Positions 8,899 through 18,725 of a stretch of DNA of 64,000 bases are shown in pieces (the first letter of the stretch is position 1; every line of letters starts with the position of its first letter). The position numbers and the translations under genes were made by a program. The notes beneath the pieces are model-generated. The model was not told the origin of the DNA. It worked only from the letters and a program-made list of their open reading frames with translations, and did no database searches. This DNA comes from Treponemataceae bacterium (GTDB lineage Bacteria > Spirochaetota > Spirochaetia > Treponematales > Rectinemataceae): assembly GCA_963677895.2 (NCBI GenBank), contig CAXXGJ010000006.1, positions 256,001 to 320,000 of the forward strand. The letters are read 5' to 3'.

Positions 8899-9647
8899 AC
8901 CTTGGTTCGCCACCTTCCGATGGGAAGTGGCTGGAGGGACTCGCCGTAGAGTCCCTCCTTACGATGGAATTCCCGATACAGGCGATCCTGAAGGATTCTC
9001 TCTACTATCCTGCTTCAGGTTTCGACGGAGATCCTATAAAGCATCTACTCGGTACCTTCCTTTCTTTCATCTATGTCGATTACGCCCGATCGCATGAACT
9101 ACTCATGCTCGAGATCCAAGGGAGGGGGTTCAAAGGGTATCGGATGCTCGGTTGGAGAGCTGTAACGAAGCAAGAGCTCGTCCCACATGGCTGGACTCCT
9201 CGATATCCTACACGGAAGGATGGAGATCCTCGATCTGGATACCGGTGGGCGAAACCGCCTTTCTGTGACTGGTGTGTCTTTGAGCGATTACCGGAGATGC
9301 CCGAAGGGTACGGTCCTTACCGTTTCAGTCTGCTGTTCCTAGGCGGTGATGGCGTCGCCACGTTTCAAGCACTTTACCTGGGGAACCATGCCTTTCCCCG
9401 AGGAGTGGCGATCATCCAGGATGGATATGGCTTCGGGTTCGGTTGGACTCCATTCCGCGACAGGAACCGAATCTTCGCCAGATCCGTGATGGAGAATCCT
9501 TATGGGCAGCCAGAAGTACTCTTGAACGGTGGTTGGGGAAAAATAGGGGGTTATCAAGATCCTATATGGCCTGAATATGCAGAGGAATTGGGTTGCTTCA
9601 AGAAGACTATCGCTGGGTCATTCATAGCCTGGGGACTGTCAATGTAG
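8889..9647 (+). CDS. Hypothetical protein, possibly Rossmann/SAM-binding-like
   Basis: 252-aa ORF overlapping the ankyrin gene stop; LYYPASGFDG followed by FIYVDY. Confidence 0.6.
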   Translation: MQIDLGSPPSDGKWLEGLAVESLLTMEFPIQAILKDSLYYPASGFDGDPIKHLLGTFLSFIYVDYARSHELLMLEIQGRGFKGYRMLGWRAVTKQELVPHGWTPRYPTRKDGDPRSGYRWAKPPFCDWCVFERLPEMPEGYGPYRFSLLFLGGDGVATFQALYLGNHAFPRGVAIIQDGYGFGFGWTPFRDRNRIFARSVMENPYGQPEVLLNGGWGKIGGYQDPIWPEYAEELGCFKKTIAGSFIAWGLSM

Positions 9648-9903
9648 ACTGGCTATTATGCCTATCGCTATACGAATAAAGATGATTCCTTTTGACCTAT
9701 ATTCACAGGTATTGTAAAATGCTACTCAGATATATAATAGAAGAGTTGCGGTATCGATTAGGGGAGGTACTTGGTCGTTAACACGCAATTTTCTCTGCTA
9801 TGTGGTCTAGGAATGTTAATCTCGTTACTAATATATATTTAATAGTATATATTTATACTGACTTAAAACAAGGATTATTTGATATGGGGTCGAAAAATCT
9901 ATC

Positions 9904-11010
9904 ATGATTGGATATTTTCCAAATTACAGGAACACCAAGAAGAGCAAGTGCAATAATAAAAAAATATACGCAATTGACTTATTCTGTGGTGCAGGAGGAT
10001 TAACCAAAGGTCTTGAAACTGCAGGGATTGATGTTCGGCTAGGTATAGATATTGATCCAGAATGTGAATACCCGTATTCCCGAAACACTTCCTCCAGCTT
10101 TATGAAGGCCTCCATTGATTCAGTTAGTGGCAAAGACCTTATGCAATACTATCGGGGCAATAGCGTTCGTCTTCTCGCAGGCTGTGCACCATGCCAGACT
10201 TTTTCTTCTTATAATAAAAAAGCCGATAAAGAGGACGGACGCTGGTGGCTACTATCAGAGTTTGCTCGTTTGGTTAAAGAAATGGAGCCAGAGATCGTTA
10301 CGATGGAGAATGTTCCTGGTCTTGCTGGGCAGGACGTATTCTCATCCTTTATTGGGGTATTGCGTCGGAATAGATACCATTTTTCCTATTCTATTGTGGA
10401 TTGTGTCCTTTATGGTATTCCCCAGAAGAGAAAACGACTTGTCCTTCTAGCTTCTAAGCTAGGACGTATTTCTTTACTCTCCCCAGAACAAATCAACGCA
10501 CAATCTAAAACCGTCAGGACAGCAATTAGCCATCTCCCTGAACTTGAGGCAGGGCAGGTGGATTTGAATGATCCATTACATCAATGTTCTGTACTTTCTT
10601 CTTTAAACACCAAGAGAATAAAAGCGTCCTTAGCTGGTGGCTCATGGAAAGATTGGAATAAATCATTGATTGCTGACTGCCATCTCAAGGAATCAGGCGA
10701 ATCCTATCCAAGTGTGTATGGTCGAATGGTGTGGGATGAACCTTCGCCTACGATTACCACACAATTTTATGGATTTGGTAATGGTCGTTTTGGGCATCCT
10801 CAACAAAATCGTGCGATATCCCTTAGGGAAGGTGCAATTCTACAGACTTTTCCAGATGACTACGAATTTGTTGCACCAGGAGAGCGTATCAAAAAAACCA
10901 CTATTGGGCGACTTATTGGGAATGCGGTTCCTGTACGTCTCGGTGAGGTAATCGGAGAAACAATACTAAAACATGTAAGATCGCACGATTGCAGTAAGGA
11001 AGAAAAATGA
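9904..11010 (+). CDS. C5 DNA cytosine methyltransferase, M.HgiDII-like
   Basis: DLFCGAGG (motif I), GCAPCQTFS (IV), ENVPG (VI), PQKRKR (VIII), GNAVP (X). TRD region CHLKESGESYPSVYGRM..PTITTQ..G.GNGRFGHP resembles M.HgiDII as I recall it. Confidence 0.93.
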   Translation: MIGYFPNYRNTKKSKCNNKKIYAIDLFCGAGGLTKGLETAGIDVRLGIDIDPECEYPYSRNTSSSFMKASIDSVSGKDLMQYYRGNSVRLLAGCAPCQTFSSYNKKADKEDGRWWLLSEFARLVKEMEPEIVTMENVPGLAGQDVFSSFIGVLRRNRYHFSYSIVDCVLYGIPQKRKRLVLLASKLGRISLLSPEQINAQSKTVRTAISHLPELEAGQVDLNDPLHQCSVLSSLNTKRIKASLAGGSWKDWNKSLIADCHLKESGESYPSVYGRMVWDEPSPTITTQFYGFGNGRFGHPQQNRAISLREGAILQTFPDDYEFVAPGERIKKTTIGRLIGNAVPVRLGEVIGETILKHVRSHDCSKEEK

Positions 11011-12887
11011 AAGAGTACCTTTTAACAGTTGATGTACGTATTCTTGAACTACTCGGACCCAATCTCTATACGAATATCTACTATGTTTTAGCAGAGTTAA
11101 TCGCAAATGCTTATGACGCAGATGCGAAAAATGTCTACATCATCTCTAATAAAGATGATATCCGCGTCGAAGATGATGGACATGGGATGTCCTATGAAGC
11201 AGGAGATATAAAAAAGTACTTAAATGTTGCAGCTGTTTCGAGATCCACTGAAGATGAATCGTTAACAAAATCAGGTACACGTCGCAAAATGGGACGCAAA
11301 GGAGTAGGCAAACTAGCTGCGCTTTCCGTTTCTGAAAACGTTGATGTCTTAACTATCGCTCAAGGGGAGAAATCCGGATTCGTACTATCCCGCCACCCGG
11401 CGGCTGATAACAAACTAATAGAAATCGAAGACGATAAAATAGTGTTTGAACGAATTGCAGATCATGGCTCTGCAATAATCATGAGAAATCCCCAGTACCG
11501 ACTCCATAAGAGCATGATCAGTATTCAGCGTAATCTTCTCAAGATATTTCCTTTGATCAATTCAGATTTTCGTATACATGTCATTCGTGGTGACGAGAGT
11601 GTGACAATTGACAGTTTCGATCGGAGTATCATGGGTGACTTATGTGCCCTGATAACACTTGGCGAGAAATTTGCTCCGCTATGTGATCTTGTAGATAATA
11701 GTGTACCAAGTAGACGATCTGATTTAGTTGTGGCAAAAGAAAAAATGAATATACCAATTTCCATGAAAGCAAATGATGGTGTGCAGCATGAATACAACCT
11801 TGAAATACTAGGCTGGATCGGTACATACAAATCAACACGTGGACGAAAAGCAGAGATGACAGATTTCCCTGATAACTTTATATCATTATTTGCAAATGAT
11901 AAGCTCGGTGAGTTCAATATCTTGCCCTTTGTTGGTCAAAATAAATTAAACGAAGTCTATGTTGTTGGACAACTACACATTGATCTTTTTGAATTAACGG
12001 AATTGCCAGATATGGCATTGAGCAACCGACAGGGATACAAATCAGATGATCCGCGCTATGTAGCTATGTTGGAGTATGTGAGAAAGGATTTATTAGCCGA
12101 AATTTTACGAAAACGCGAAGTCTTCACGGATCTTGCCAATGCAGAAAGAAAGAAACAAAAAGAAGCGATGCAAAAGAATGATGAAGCCAACCTAAAAGTC
12201 GCTGTAGACACTTTTCGTAAAAATGCCAGCTCAGATGCGGCTAATACATTGGCGGGACTTGATTTGAAAGTCTCTCGTGAAGCGATTGAGTCGGTTATCT
12301 CAAAATCCATTAATGCTCATAGCCCAGACCTTGGTCTGAAGGTTAAGGTTGATTCTCAGAAAAAAAAGATCCTCATTAGCCAAACAAGTGCTGATAAGGC
12401 TCTTGCAGACATCATTTACCAGATGTTGGTATTTAATAACGTTCTGTCCGATGACATTTTATATACAAACTGTGATGACGAGGTTTGTAGGGTACCTGAA
12501 AATCGAGCCGTTTACGAATATCTCCGCGAATTTTTTGTAGAAAGTTATTCGGCTAAAAAGATCTATGTGCTTTTTGTAACAAGCCAAAACACGAAGGTCT
12601 CATGGGGGGCAATCACAGAGGTTGGAGCAGCTTGGATCACGAAAATTGATCATAAGATTTTTAACGTACCCCCCTTTCGTCCAGAGCATCCTCTAGATGT
12701 TGAAATGCAATGGCAAAACACATATCGTACTGAACCAACGAAAGGAGATCTCTGGATGACCAGGCTAAACGCAGACATTTTTTGCCAAAAATTAGAATCA
12801 GTCTGTGATGCACTGGTTTACAAGAAAAAAACACGTGTTCAAAACATGGATTATTTGGGCACACTTGTTTCTATAAGAAGTACATGA
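11007..12887 (+). CDS. GHKL (MORC/MutL-type) ATPase fused to a C-terminal TIR-like domain
   Basis: ELIANAYDA, EDDGHGM, GRKGVGK; coiled-coil linker; C-terminal KILISQTSADKALADII...VLFVTSQNTKVSWGAITEVGAAW. ATGA overlap with the MTase stop. Confidence 0.8.
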   Translation: MKEYLLTVDVRILELLGPNLYTNIYYVLAELIANAYDADAKNVYIISNKDDIRVEDDGHGMSYEAGDIKKYLNVAAVSRSTEDESLTKSGTRRKMGRKGVGKLAALSVSENVDVLTIAQGEKSGFVLSRHPAADNKLIEIEDDKIVFERIADHGSAIIMRNPQYRLHKSMISIQRNLLKIFPLINSDFRIHVIRGDESVTIDSFDRSIMGDLCALITLGEKFAPLCDLVDNSVPSRRSDLVVAKEKMNIPISMKANDGVQHEYNLEILGWIGTYKSTRGRKAEMTDFPDNFISLFANDKLGEFNILPFVGQNKLNEVYVVGQLHIDLFELTELPDMALSNRQGYKSDDPRYVAMLEYVRKDLLAEILRKREVFTDLANAERKKQKEAMQKNDEANLKVAVDTFRKNASSDAANTLAGLDLKVSREAIESVISKSINAHSPDLGLKVKVDSQKKKILISQTSADKALADIIYQMLVFNNVLSDDILYTNCDDEVCRVPENRAVYEYLREFFVESYSAKKIYVLFVTSQNTKVSWGAITEVGAAWITKIDHKIFNVPPFRPEHPLDVEMQWQNTYRTEPTKGDLWMTRLNADIFCQKLESVCDALVYKKKTRVQNMDYLGTLVSIRST

Positions 12888-13079
12888 AAAGGGGTCAATT
12901 TTTTTGTGTAGTATGTTTGAGGAGGGAGAACGAGATTTTAATTATGAGATGGAATTGTGAGATAAATCGTAACTAATCCTTACAATAGGCAACCATGCCA
13001 TACAACTAATTCGTTGACACTTATTAAAATACGCCAGATAATGTCCAAGCGTTACAACGCATGGATAAGGATTTTTCGT

Positions 13080-13122
13080 ACTCATAATCCGTTGGTCCCT
13101 GGTTCAAGTCCAGGTGGGCCCA
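13080..13122 (+). repeat. 3' half of tRNA-Ile2/Met (anticodon CAT); putative attR, not an intact tRNA
   Basis: ACTCATAATCCG-TTGGTC-CCTGGTTCAAGTCCAGG-TGGGCCCA gives anticodon loop, T-arm and acceptor 3' strand; no D-arm or 5' acceptor strand upstream. Confidence 0.88.
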
Positions 13123-13181
13123 AATTTAGTTAGTCATTCTGAAAAATTCCTCAGTAAACACTCTATACGTACAGCGCGTGT

Positions 13182-14456
13182 CTACTTCATTAAGCGAGAT
13201 TCCGGACGCGCCGGCGAGATATCCCTTCCAAAAATTGCGAACAGCACGGTACCCAGGGCGCCACAGGCCGCGGCGGCAACGAAATTGGCGGCGGGAGCGA
13301 TATTCCACAGCCAAGCGCTCGATAGCGCCGCGATCGACACGATGATATCCCTGATCAGGTAGTAGGCTCCAAAAGTCCTGGCCTTCGCGTCCTCCGGCGC
13401 CAGGTCCATAATGAGGGCTTTGCGTGTCGGTTCCCCGAATTCCTTGAGTCCCCTGATGATGAAGGCCGCGACAAATGTCGCGAAAGAATGCGAGAAAAAC
13501 AGGACGAGGGGAAAAAGGGTGAAGAACACGAAAGTCATCAGCACGAAGGGCTTTTTCCCGTACCGATCCGCCATCCACGCGACGGGGATGTAGACGAGCA
13601 TCGCGGTGACCATCTCGATCGTCGTGAGAATCCCGAACTGCAGAGGCGTGAGGTGGTTGTTTTCCACGGCCCAGATGACGACGAAGGCGTAGGGGATCTG
13701 TTCGGCGAAGCGGATGAGGATGTCGCTCGCCAGGAGGCTCTTGAGCGCCGGGCTGAAGAGGTCGCGAAAGTTTTTGCTGTTCTTTTCGCCGGATTTTTGT
13801 TCGCCACGGTCTTCGGCCATGAATCGATGCAGCAGCGCCAGCGCGACGAGGCCCATGAGAAATGCCGCGCCGAATGCCACCCTGACGCCCTGGATGCGGC
13901 CGTATGCTCCGATGAGAATGCCGCCAACGATGGGGCCGAGGGCCATCGGAATGCGGCGTACGAAGGAGTGGAGCGATACGCCGAAGCTTCGCCGCTCCTT
14001 GGGTACGGTTTTGGAAACGAGGCTCATGATCGCCGGAAGCGAGATGGCCGTCCATGAGATGAAAAAGACCGACCCGACGAGCACCATCTGCCAGGCGGGA
14101 AAGAGGATCACCAGGAGGTAGCCGAAGAGGGCGACGATGGTGAAAAGCTCGAGGGACCGTTTATGGCCGATGCGGTCAGCGAGCCAACCACCCGGAAAGG
14201 AGTAGAGGGCCGAGAGCAGGTTGTCCATCGAGTTGAGGAATCCGACCGACCAGGTGCTGCCGCCGAGCGCCAGCAAATACAGGGGAAGAAAGCGTTCCGC
14301 CATTTTCTCGCCCATGCCGACGAAGATGACGAGAAGCAGCATCGTGGTCATGCTCGCGTTTTTCGAGAGCATTCGCTTGAAATCGGATTTGCGTCGCACG
14401 TGTATCTCCGTATTCGTTTTCGGTTCTATCTGCGTTTCGCGGTTTCGAGCCTGCAC
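13182..14456 (-). CDS. MFS transporter (true start may be 14372)
   Basis: 12-TM hydrophobic pattern; GWLADRIGHKR and WMADRYGKK motif A. Confidence 0.9.
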   Translation of the reverse strand: MQARNRETQIEPKTNTEIHVRRKSDFKRMLSKNASMTTMLLLVIFVGMGEKMAERFLPLYLLALGGSTWSVGFLNSMDNLLSALYSFPGGWLADRIGHKRSLELFTIVALFGYLLVILFPAWQMVLVGSVFFISWTAISLPAIMSLVSKTVPKERRSFGVSLHSFVRRIPMALGPIVGGILIGAYGRIQGVRVAFGAAFLMGLVALALLHRFMAEDRGEQKSGEKNSKNFRDLFSPALKSLLASDILIRFAEQIPYAFVVIWAVENNHLTPLQFGILTTIEMVTAMLVYIPVAWMADRYGKKPFVLMTFVFFTLFPLVLFFSHSFATFVAAFIIRGLKEFGEPTRKALIMDLAPEDAKARTFGAYYLIRDIIVSIAALSSAWLWNIAPAANFVAAAACGALGTVLFAIFGRDISPARPESRLMK

Positions 14457-14860
14457 CAGGCGTAGAGCGAATCATATACCTCAAACTGATGCTCGAGGTT
14501 TTCCGAATCGTTGGGGAAGCGCAGCGAATAGCCCGTGGCGATAGCCTCGAGTCCCGCCGCGACGGGGTGATCGGCAAGCCTGTCCGTGTCCGCGCAGCCG
14601 ACGATTTCGGCCAAGAGGAGGAGGGCGGGGTCTTTGAGGCCATAGGTCTTTATGATGGTCTGGAAGGAGCAATTCCCGTCATGGTGCCCGAGCGCGACTC
14701 CGGGCGCGTCGAAGGGTATCGCGGCGGTTTCTTTTACAGTCTTCTCGATCTGGCTGGCGGGAACGAAGAGGAATTCTGCATCGCTGTCTATGAACCTTGA
14801 AATGAGCCAAGGACAGGCGATCCTGTCGACGTGTACGTGCGAACGCGTAAGCCATTTCAT
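14426..14860 (-). CDS. Chromate-resistance ChrB C-terminal-domain protein
   Basis: MKWLTR..VHVDRIACPWLISRFID..AEFLFV, PFDAPGV..GHH...CSF, YDSLYAWC. Confidence 0.88.
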   Translation of the reverse strand: MKWLTRSHVHVDRIACPWLISRFIDSDAEFLFVPASQIEKTVKETAAIPFDAPGVALGHHDGNCSFQTIIKTYGLKDPALLLLAEIVGCADTDRLADHPVAAGLEAIATGYSLRFPNDSENLEHQFEVYDSLYAWCRLETAKRR

Positions 14861-14950
14861 ACTTTGCCTCCAACACCTCTAGCATTATGCAGTATTACCT
14901 AGAAAAACAATGACCGATATGTGTGATATTTAGAAGACAGATGATTACAG

Positions 14951-14992
14951 ACTGATAATCCGTTGGTCCTGGATCAAGTCCAACTGGGGCGA
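14951..14992 (+). repeat. Degenerate second copy of the tRNA(CAT) att sequence
   Basis: ACTGATAATCCGTTGGTCC-TGGATCAAGTCCAACTGGGGCGA; 36/43 positions match 13080-13122 by hand alignment. Confidence 0.8.
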
Positions 14993-15113
14993 CCTTTACG
15001 ATTGAATTATTCCCAGAGCTTGGCCTTCTATGCATTTTTTCGCATATTAGTGAGTAGCCTCGCTATGAGGCAGCTCACTAAAGGAATTGCCTTGAATGAA
15101 GGAGTATCCAATC

Positions 15114-16035
15114 ATGACAAATCTGAAAAACATAGAGCCGACTCCGCTGGTGATAGTGGCTTTTACTTGACCCTGTGTGTACATGGTGCTGGGGCAGCGA
15201 ACCCGTGCTTCGCAAGCTCGAAAGCTGGTATGGGCCCCACCTGAGGATCGACTATGTCATGGGAGGGCTTGTCAAAGACATACGAGATTTCCGTGACGGC
15301 CGCAATGGCATTGGCGGCGATCCCGAGGAATCCAACGCCCAGATCGCCCGTCACTACATTGAAGCTTCGGAACGCCATGGCATGCCGGTCGAGGTAGAGA
15401 ACTTCCGCCTTTTTTCGGAAGGTTCTTACTCCACCTATCCCCAGAACATCGCCTATAAGGCGGCGCAAATAAGCAATCCGGAGTTGGCTGCACGATATCT
15501 CCGGAAAATGCGGGAAGCTAACGCCACCGAAGGCAGGGAGACGGGCTTACGGGAGGTTCTCGTCGAGCTGGCCAGCGATGTTGGGCTCGACCTCGAAGGT
15601 TTTCTGAAAGCCTTGGAAGATGGAAGCGCGGAGAAGGCTTTCCGAGAAGATCTGGCGATCACCGCCCGATACGGGGTCAGGGGTTTCCCAACCTTTCTCT
15701 TGAGATTTTAGGGCAAGGAAGCCCTCATTCGTGGCTACCAGAGCTTTGCTTCGATCCGCGCCGTGATCGCATCGTTAAGCAAGGGGGCCCTGGTCGATCG
15801 GGCTCCGGAAAAAACCAGCAAGGCAATAATGGACTATTTAAATCGTTACGGGCGTGCCGCTATCGTGGAGCTTGCGACGAATTTCGAGTTCTCGGGGGAG
15901 GATTTGGAGGCGCTGCTCAAGGAACTGGAGGATTCTGGCCAGATCCTGAGGGTGCCCGTGGGCAAGGGATATTTTATCGAAGCATTCGCAGCAAGCAGGA
16001 GCTGCGATCCTGTTACGGGTATCTGCAGGGTATAG
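15114..16035 (+). pseudogene. DsbA/FrnE-family thiol oxidoreductase pseudogene
   Basis: AAGGAG RBS and ATG at 15114. An extra T near 15167 breaks FT-DPVCTWCWG. In-frame TAG at 15709-15711 after GVRGFPTFLLRF; the same frame continues to 16035. Confidence 0.8.
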
Positions 16036-16123
16036 TTTAAAACCCGCATAGCTGTGGAGTTCAAGGGCGGCCTGAGTGTAGCCGCCCTTGCCAAGACATC
16101 AATGAAATCGTCGGCAACTGGTT

Positions 16124-16774
16124 TTACTCTGTATACCCCAATTGCTGAATGAAAAGAGGTACTTCGTCTTTTCCAAGCTTGAGGGCTTCGCTGGCGTCCG
16201 CCGCTTTAAGCGTGTACTGGACGATGGAGGCCAGTTTCAAGGAAGAAGCGGTCAGTGAAATATTCTGGGCGGAAAAACCGGCTGTCGCATGCGCCATCTG
16301 CAGGAATAGCGCCGGGTTGGTTTTTAGGAACGAGGGAGTGAGCGCGTTGTCCACCGTATAAAGGATGAGCGCCGAGGCCGTCTGGGAGGCCGCGGAAGAA
16401 ACTTTGGATCGAACGTCCGTTCCGTTTATGAACTGCAGGCTGTTCTTGTCGGCCAGGTATTTCCAGCTTCCCTTATCAGTCAGGACATAGATATTGATAT
16501 ACGCGTTGTCGCCCGAGAACGAGATGTTCCGTCCCGCCTTGGTGGCGCTCGTGACGGCATCGACTTTTCGCGGCCCGAGCCCCGCCCACAATATAGTGGA
16601 AAGATCAGCGGTCGGGATGTCTTTCTTAATGAAGGTTTTGGAAACCTTGCGGTTGGTTATGGCGCCGAGAAGATCGACGCCGCTTTTGCCGGCAGGCGGA
16701 GGAAGTGCGATGTCCTGTGCCCATAGCGTCGCCGCCGAAACCGCGATCAAAAGAATAAAAAGCGCTTTTTTCAT
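16124..16774 (-). CDS. Nitroreductase-family protein with signal peptide
   Basis: IALPPP...LLGAITNRKVSKTF...LSTILWA, AGFSAQNISLTASSLKL. Confidence 0.75.
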   Translation of the reverse strand: MKKALFILLIAVSAATLWAQDIALPPPAGKSGVDLLGAITNRKVSKTFIKKDIPTADLSTILWAGLGPRKVDAVTSATKAGRNISFSGDNAYINIYVLTDKGSWKYLADKNSLQFINGTDVRSKVSSAASQTASALILYTVDNALTPSFLKTNPALFLQMAHATAGFSAQNISLTASSLKLASIVQYTLKAADASEALKLGKDEVPLFIQQLGYTE

Positions 16775-17034
16775 GCATTACTCCTTGGGAAAATCTGAAG
16801 CCTGGTGATGGACATAATTCCCCATCAGTCCGCTCAAGCTTAAATATAGTTACAAACAATGAATATTTTATGAATGGCAGGTGGAATTAGCGTGATTGCC
16901 TCAAGAAATCCGCTTCGCGCCGGTATCCTGCCTGCCGGAATGCATACAAAGAACGCATTGAATTCATAGACCATTCATATCCATGGCGTATGCTCGGATC
17001 ATACGAGCTATCTACCCAGGAAGGCGCCAAGAGC

Positions 17035-18381
17035 ATGAAAAAAACCACGATATTCATAGTCGACATGACCTGTTCTTCCTGCGAGGCTCGGATCGCGAGG
17101 ACGCTCGCGGCTATCGATGGCGTGATCTCCGCGCGGGTCAGCCTCAAGGGAGGCCGCGCCGATATCGAATATGACGACAGCCGGACGACGATCGAAGCGA
17201 TGAAGGCCGCGATTGGAAAAGCCGGGTATACCGTCGGCGCGGGCGGCGGCGCAAGCACGACGATCGCCGTGGGTATAGGCCTCATTCTCGCGGCGCTCTA
17301 TATGGTCGCGAGCGCGGCGGGGCTTTTCAACGGCCTTCCGACGATAAACGCCTCCCTTGGCTATGGAATGCTTTTTGTGGTCGGGATGCTGACCTCGGTT
17401 CACTGCGTAGCCATGTGCGGCGGGATCGCCCTGTCGCAAAGCGTCGGCGCCGGAATCGCGGGAGCCGGCGTCGCGGGAGCCGGCGGAAATCGCAAAAAGC
17501 TTATGCCCGGCCTTCTGTACAACGGGGGAAGGGTCGTTTCCTATACTATCGTAGGCGGCATCGTCGGCGCTCTCGGCGCCGCGTTCAGCTTTTCGCCCGT
17601 TATGAAAGGAGTCATCGCCGCGGCGGCCGGTCTTTTCATGATCCTTTTTGGCCTCAAGATGCTCGGCCTGCTCTCCGGGTTGCCGAGGATGTCCCGAATA
17701 ATTCCCTCTCCGCTCAGGCGCGCCGTCGGCCGTTTCTCGTCGGCTCTCGGAAAGCGGGGACCTTTCGCCGTCGGTATCCTCAACGGCCTCATGCCCTGCG
17801 GCCCGCTTCAGACAATGCAGTTGTATGCCCTCGGGACGGGCAGCTTTTTTGCCGGCGCGCTGTCCATGTTCATCTTCTCGCTCGGCACCGTGCCGCTCAT
17901 GCTCGCTTTCAGCCTCGCGGCGGCCTTCATCCCCAAAAGACTCGTTCCCGCGATGGTCAAGGCCAGCGCCGTTCTCGTCATGTTCCTGGGTCTGATGACG
18001 CTCGGCAGAGCCGCGGCTCTCTCCGGAATCGCGATTCCCGAGACCCCCTCGCTCGGTATCGCGGGCGGTTTCGCCAAGGCGACAGTCCTGGACGGCGCCC
18101 AGACCGTGCTCACGGATTTCGGTACATCCGGATATTACATGCCCTTCGCCGTCCAGGCGGGCATTCCCATAAAGTGGACAATCAGAGTCACAGCCGAGGG
18201 ACTCAATGGCTGCAATAACCCCATCACCCTTCCCTCGTATGGAATCCGGAAAACACTCGTGCCGGGGGACAACCTCATCGAATTCACGCCGAATAATGAA
18301 GGCGTTATCGCGTACACGTGCTGGATGGGCATGATATCGAGCCGCATCAAGGTGGTGAAAGACCTCGCCAGCGAAAGGTAA
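17035..18381 (+). CDS. Heavy-metal transport/detoxification protein (HMA + DsbD_2/TauE-like + cupredoxin)
   Basis: MTCSSC, SVHCVAMCGG, GLMPCGPLQ, LNGCNN, YTCWMGMI. Confidence 0.88.
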   Translation: MKKTTIFIVDMTCSSCEARIARTLAAIDGVISARVSLKGGRADIEYDDSRTTIEAMKAAIGKAGYTVGAGGGASTTIAVGIGLILAALYMVASAAGLFNGLPTINASLGYGMLFVVGMLTSVHCVAMCGGIALSQSVGAGIAGAGVAGAGGNRKKLMPGLLYNGGRVVSYTIVGGIVGALGAAFSFSPVMKGVIAAAAGLFMILFGLKMLGLLSGLPRMSRIIPSPLRRAVGRFSSALGKRGPFAVGILNGLMPCGPLQTMQLYALGTGSFFAGALSMFIFSLGTVPLMLAFSLAAAFIPKRLVPAMVKASAVLVMFLGLMTLGRAAALSGIAIPETPSLGIAGGFAKATVLDGAQTVLTDFGTSGYYMPFAVQAGIPIKWTIRVTAEGLNGCNNPITLPSYGIRKTLVPGDNLIEFTPNNEGVIAYTCWMGMISSRIKVVKDLASER

Positions 18382-18471
18382 TCGCGAATCCGCGGGAAAA
18401 ACACCGAGCGTTCATACGCCGTTCACAAAGCGGCGATATCATCGTACTCAATCGATGACGAAGGAGATGGA

Positions 18472-18696
18472 GTGATGAGAAAACTGCTGACGATAGAAGG
18501 AATGAGCTGCGGACATTGCACGATGCATGTTCAGTCCGCGCTCGAAGATATTCCGGGAGTGACGAAGGTCGATGTCGACCTGCTCAAGAAGAGCGCGATG
18601 GTCGAAGGCGATGGCGACAACTTCAACGATGTGGCCTTCAAGCTTGCCGTCGCCGAGGCTGGTTACCGCGTCACCGCTATCCTCGGCGGGCGCTAA
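18472..18696 (+). CDS. CopZ-like HMA metallochaperone
   Basis: IEGMSCGHC...AVAEAGY. Confidence 0.9.
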   Translation: MMRKLLTIEGMSCGHCTMHVQSALEDIPGVTKVDVDLLKKSAMVEGDGDNFNDVAFKLAVAEAGYRVTAILGGR

Positions 18697-18725
18697 TCAG
18701 TGTCTTCGGACACTAAGGAGTCGAG

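Larger units (their letters stand above)
1..13122. mobile_element. AT-rich genomic (defence) island; right end at a tRNA-derived att site, left end outside the window
   Basis: Abrupt visible GC shift near 13.1 kb, recombinase, defence-type cargo, tRNA 3' fragment at the junction. Confidence 0.8.

Noticed and set aside
9904..11010. GTCGAC avoidance as support for the MTase specificity
   Set aside because: GTCGAC occurs many times in the window (e.g. near 14825 and 17059), so there is no supporting depletion; specificity remains a guess from similarity.
13045..13125. Intact tRNA-Met/Ile gene
   Set aside because: Only the anticodon loop onward is present; the upstream bases cannot form the D-arm or pair with the acceptor strand, so it is treated as an att fragment.
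15709..15711. Pyrrolysine or other stop-codon readthrough at the in-frame TAG
   Set aside because: The same gene also has a frameshift, TAG ends many normal genes here, and no pyl genes are visible.
17448..17487. Short GCCGG..TCGCGGGA tandem repeat
   Set aside because: It encodes a Gly/Ala linker (AGIAGAGVAGAG) within a membrane protein; there is no sign of a separate function.
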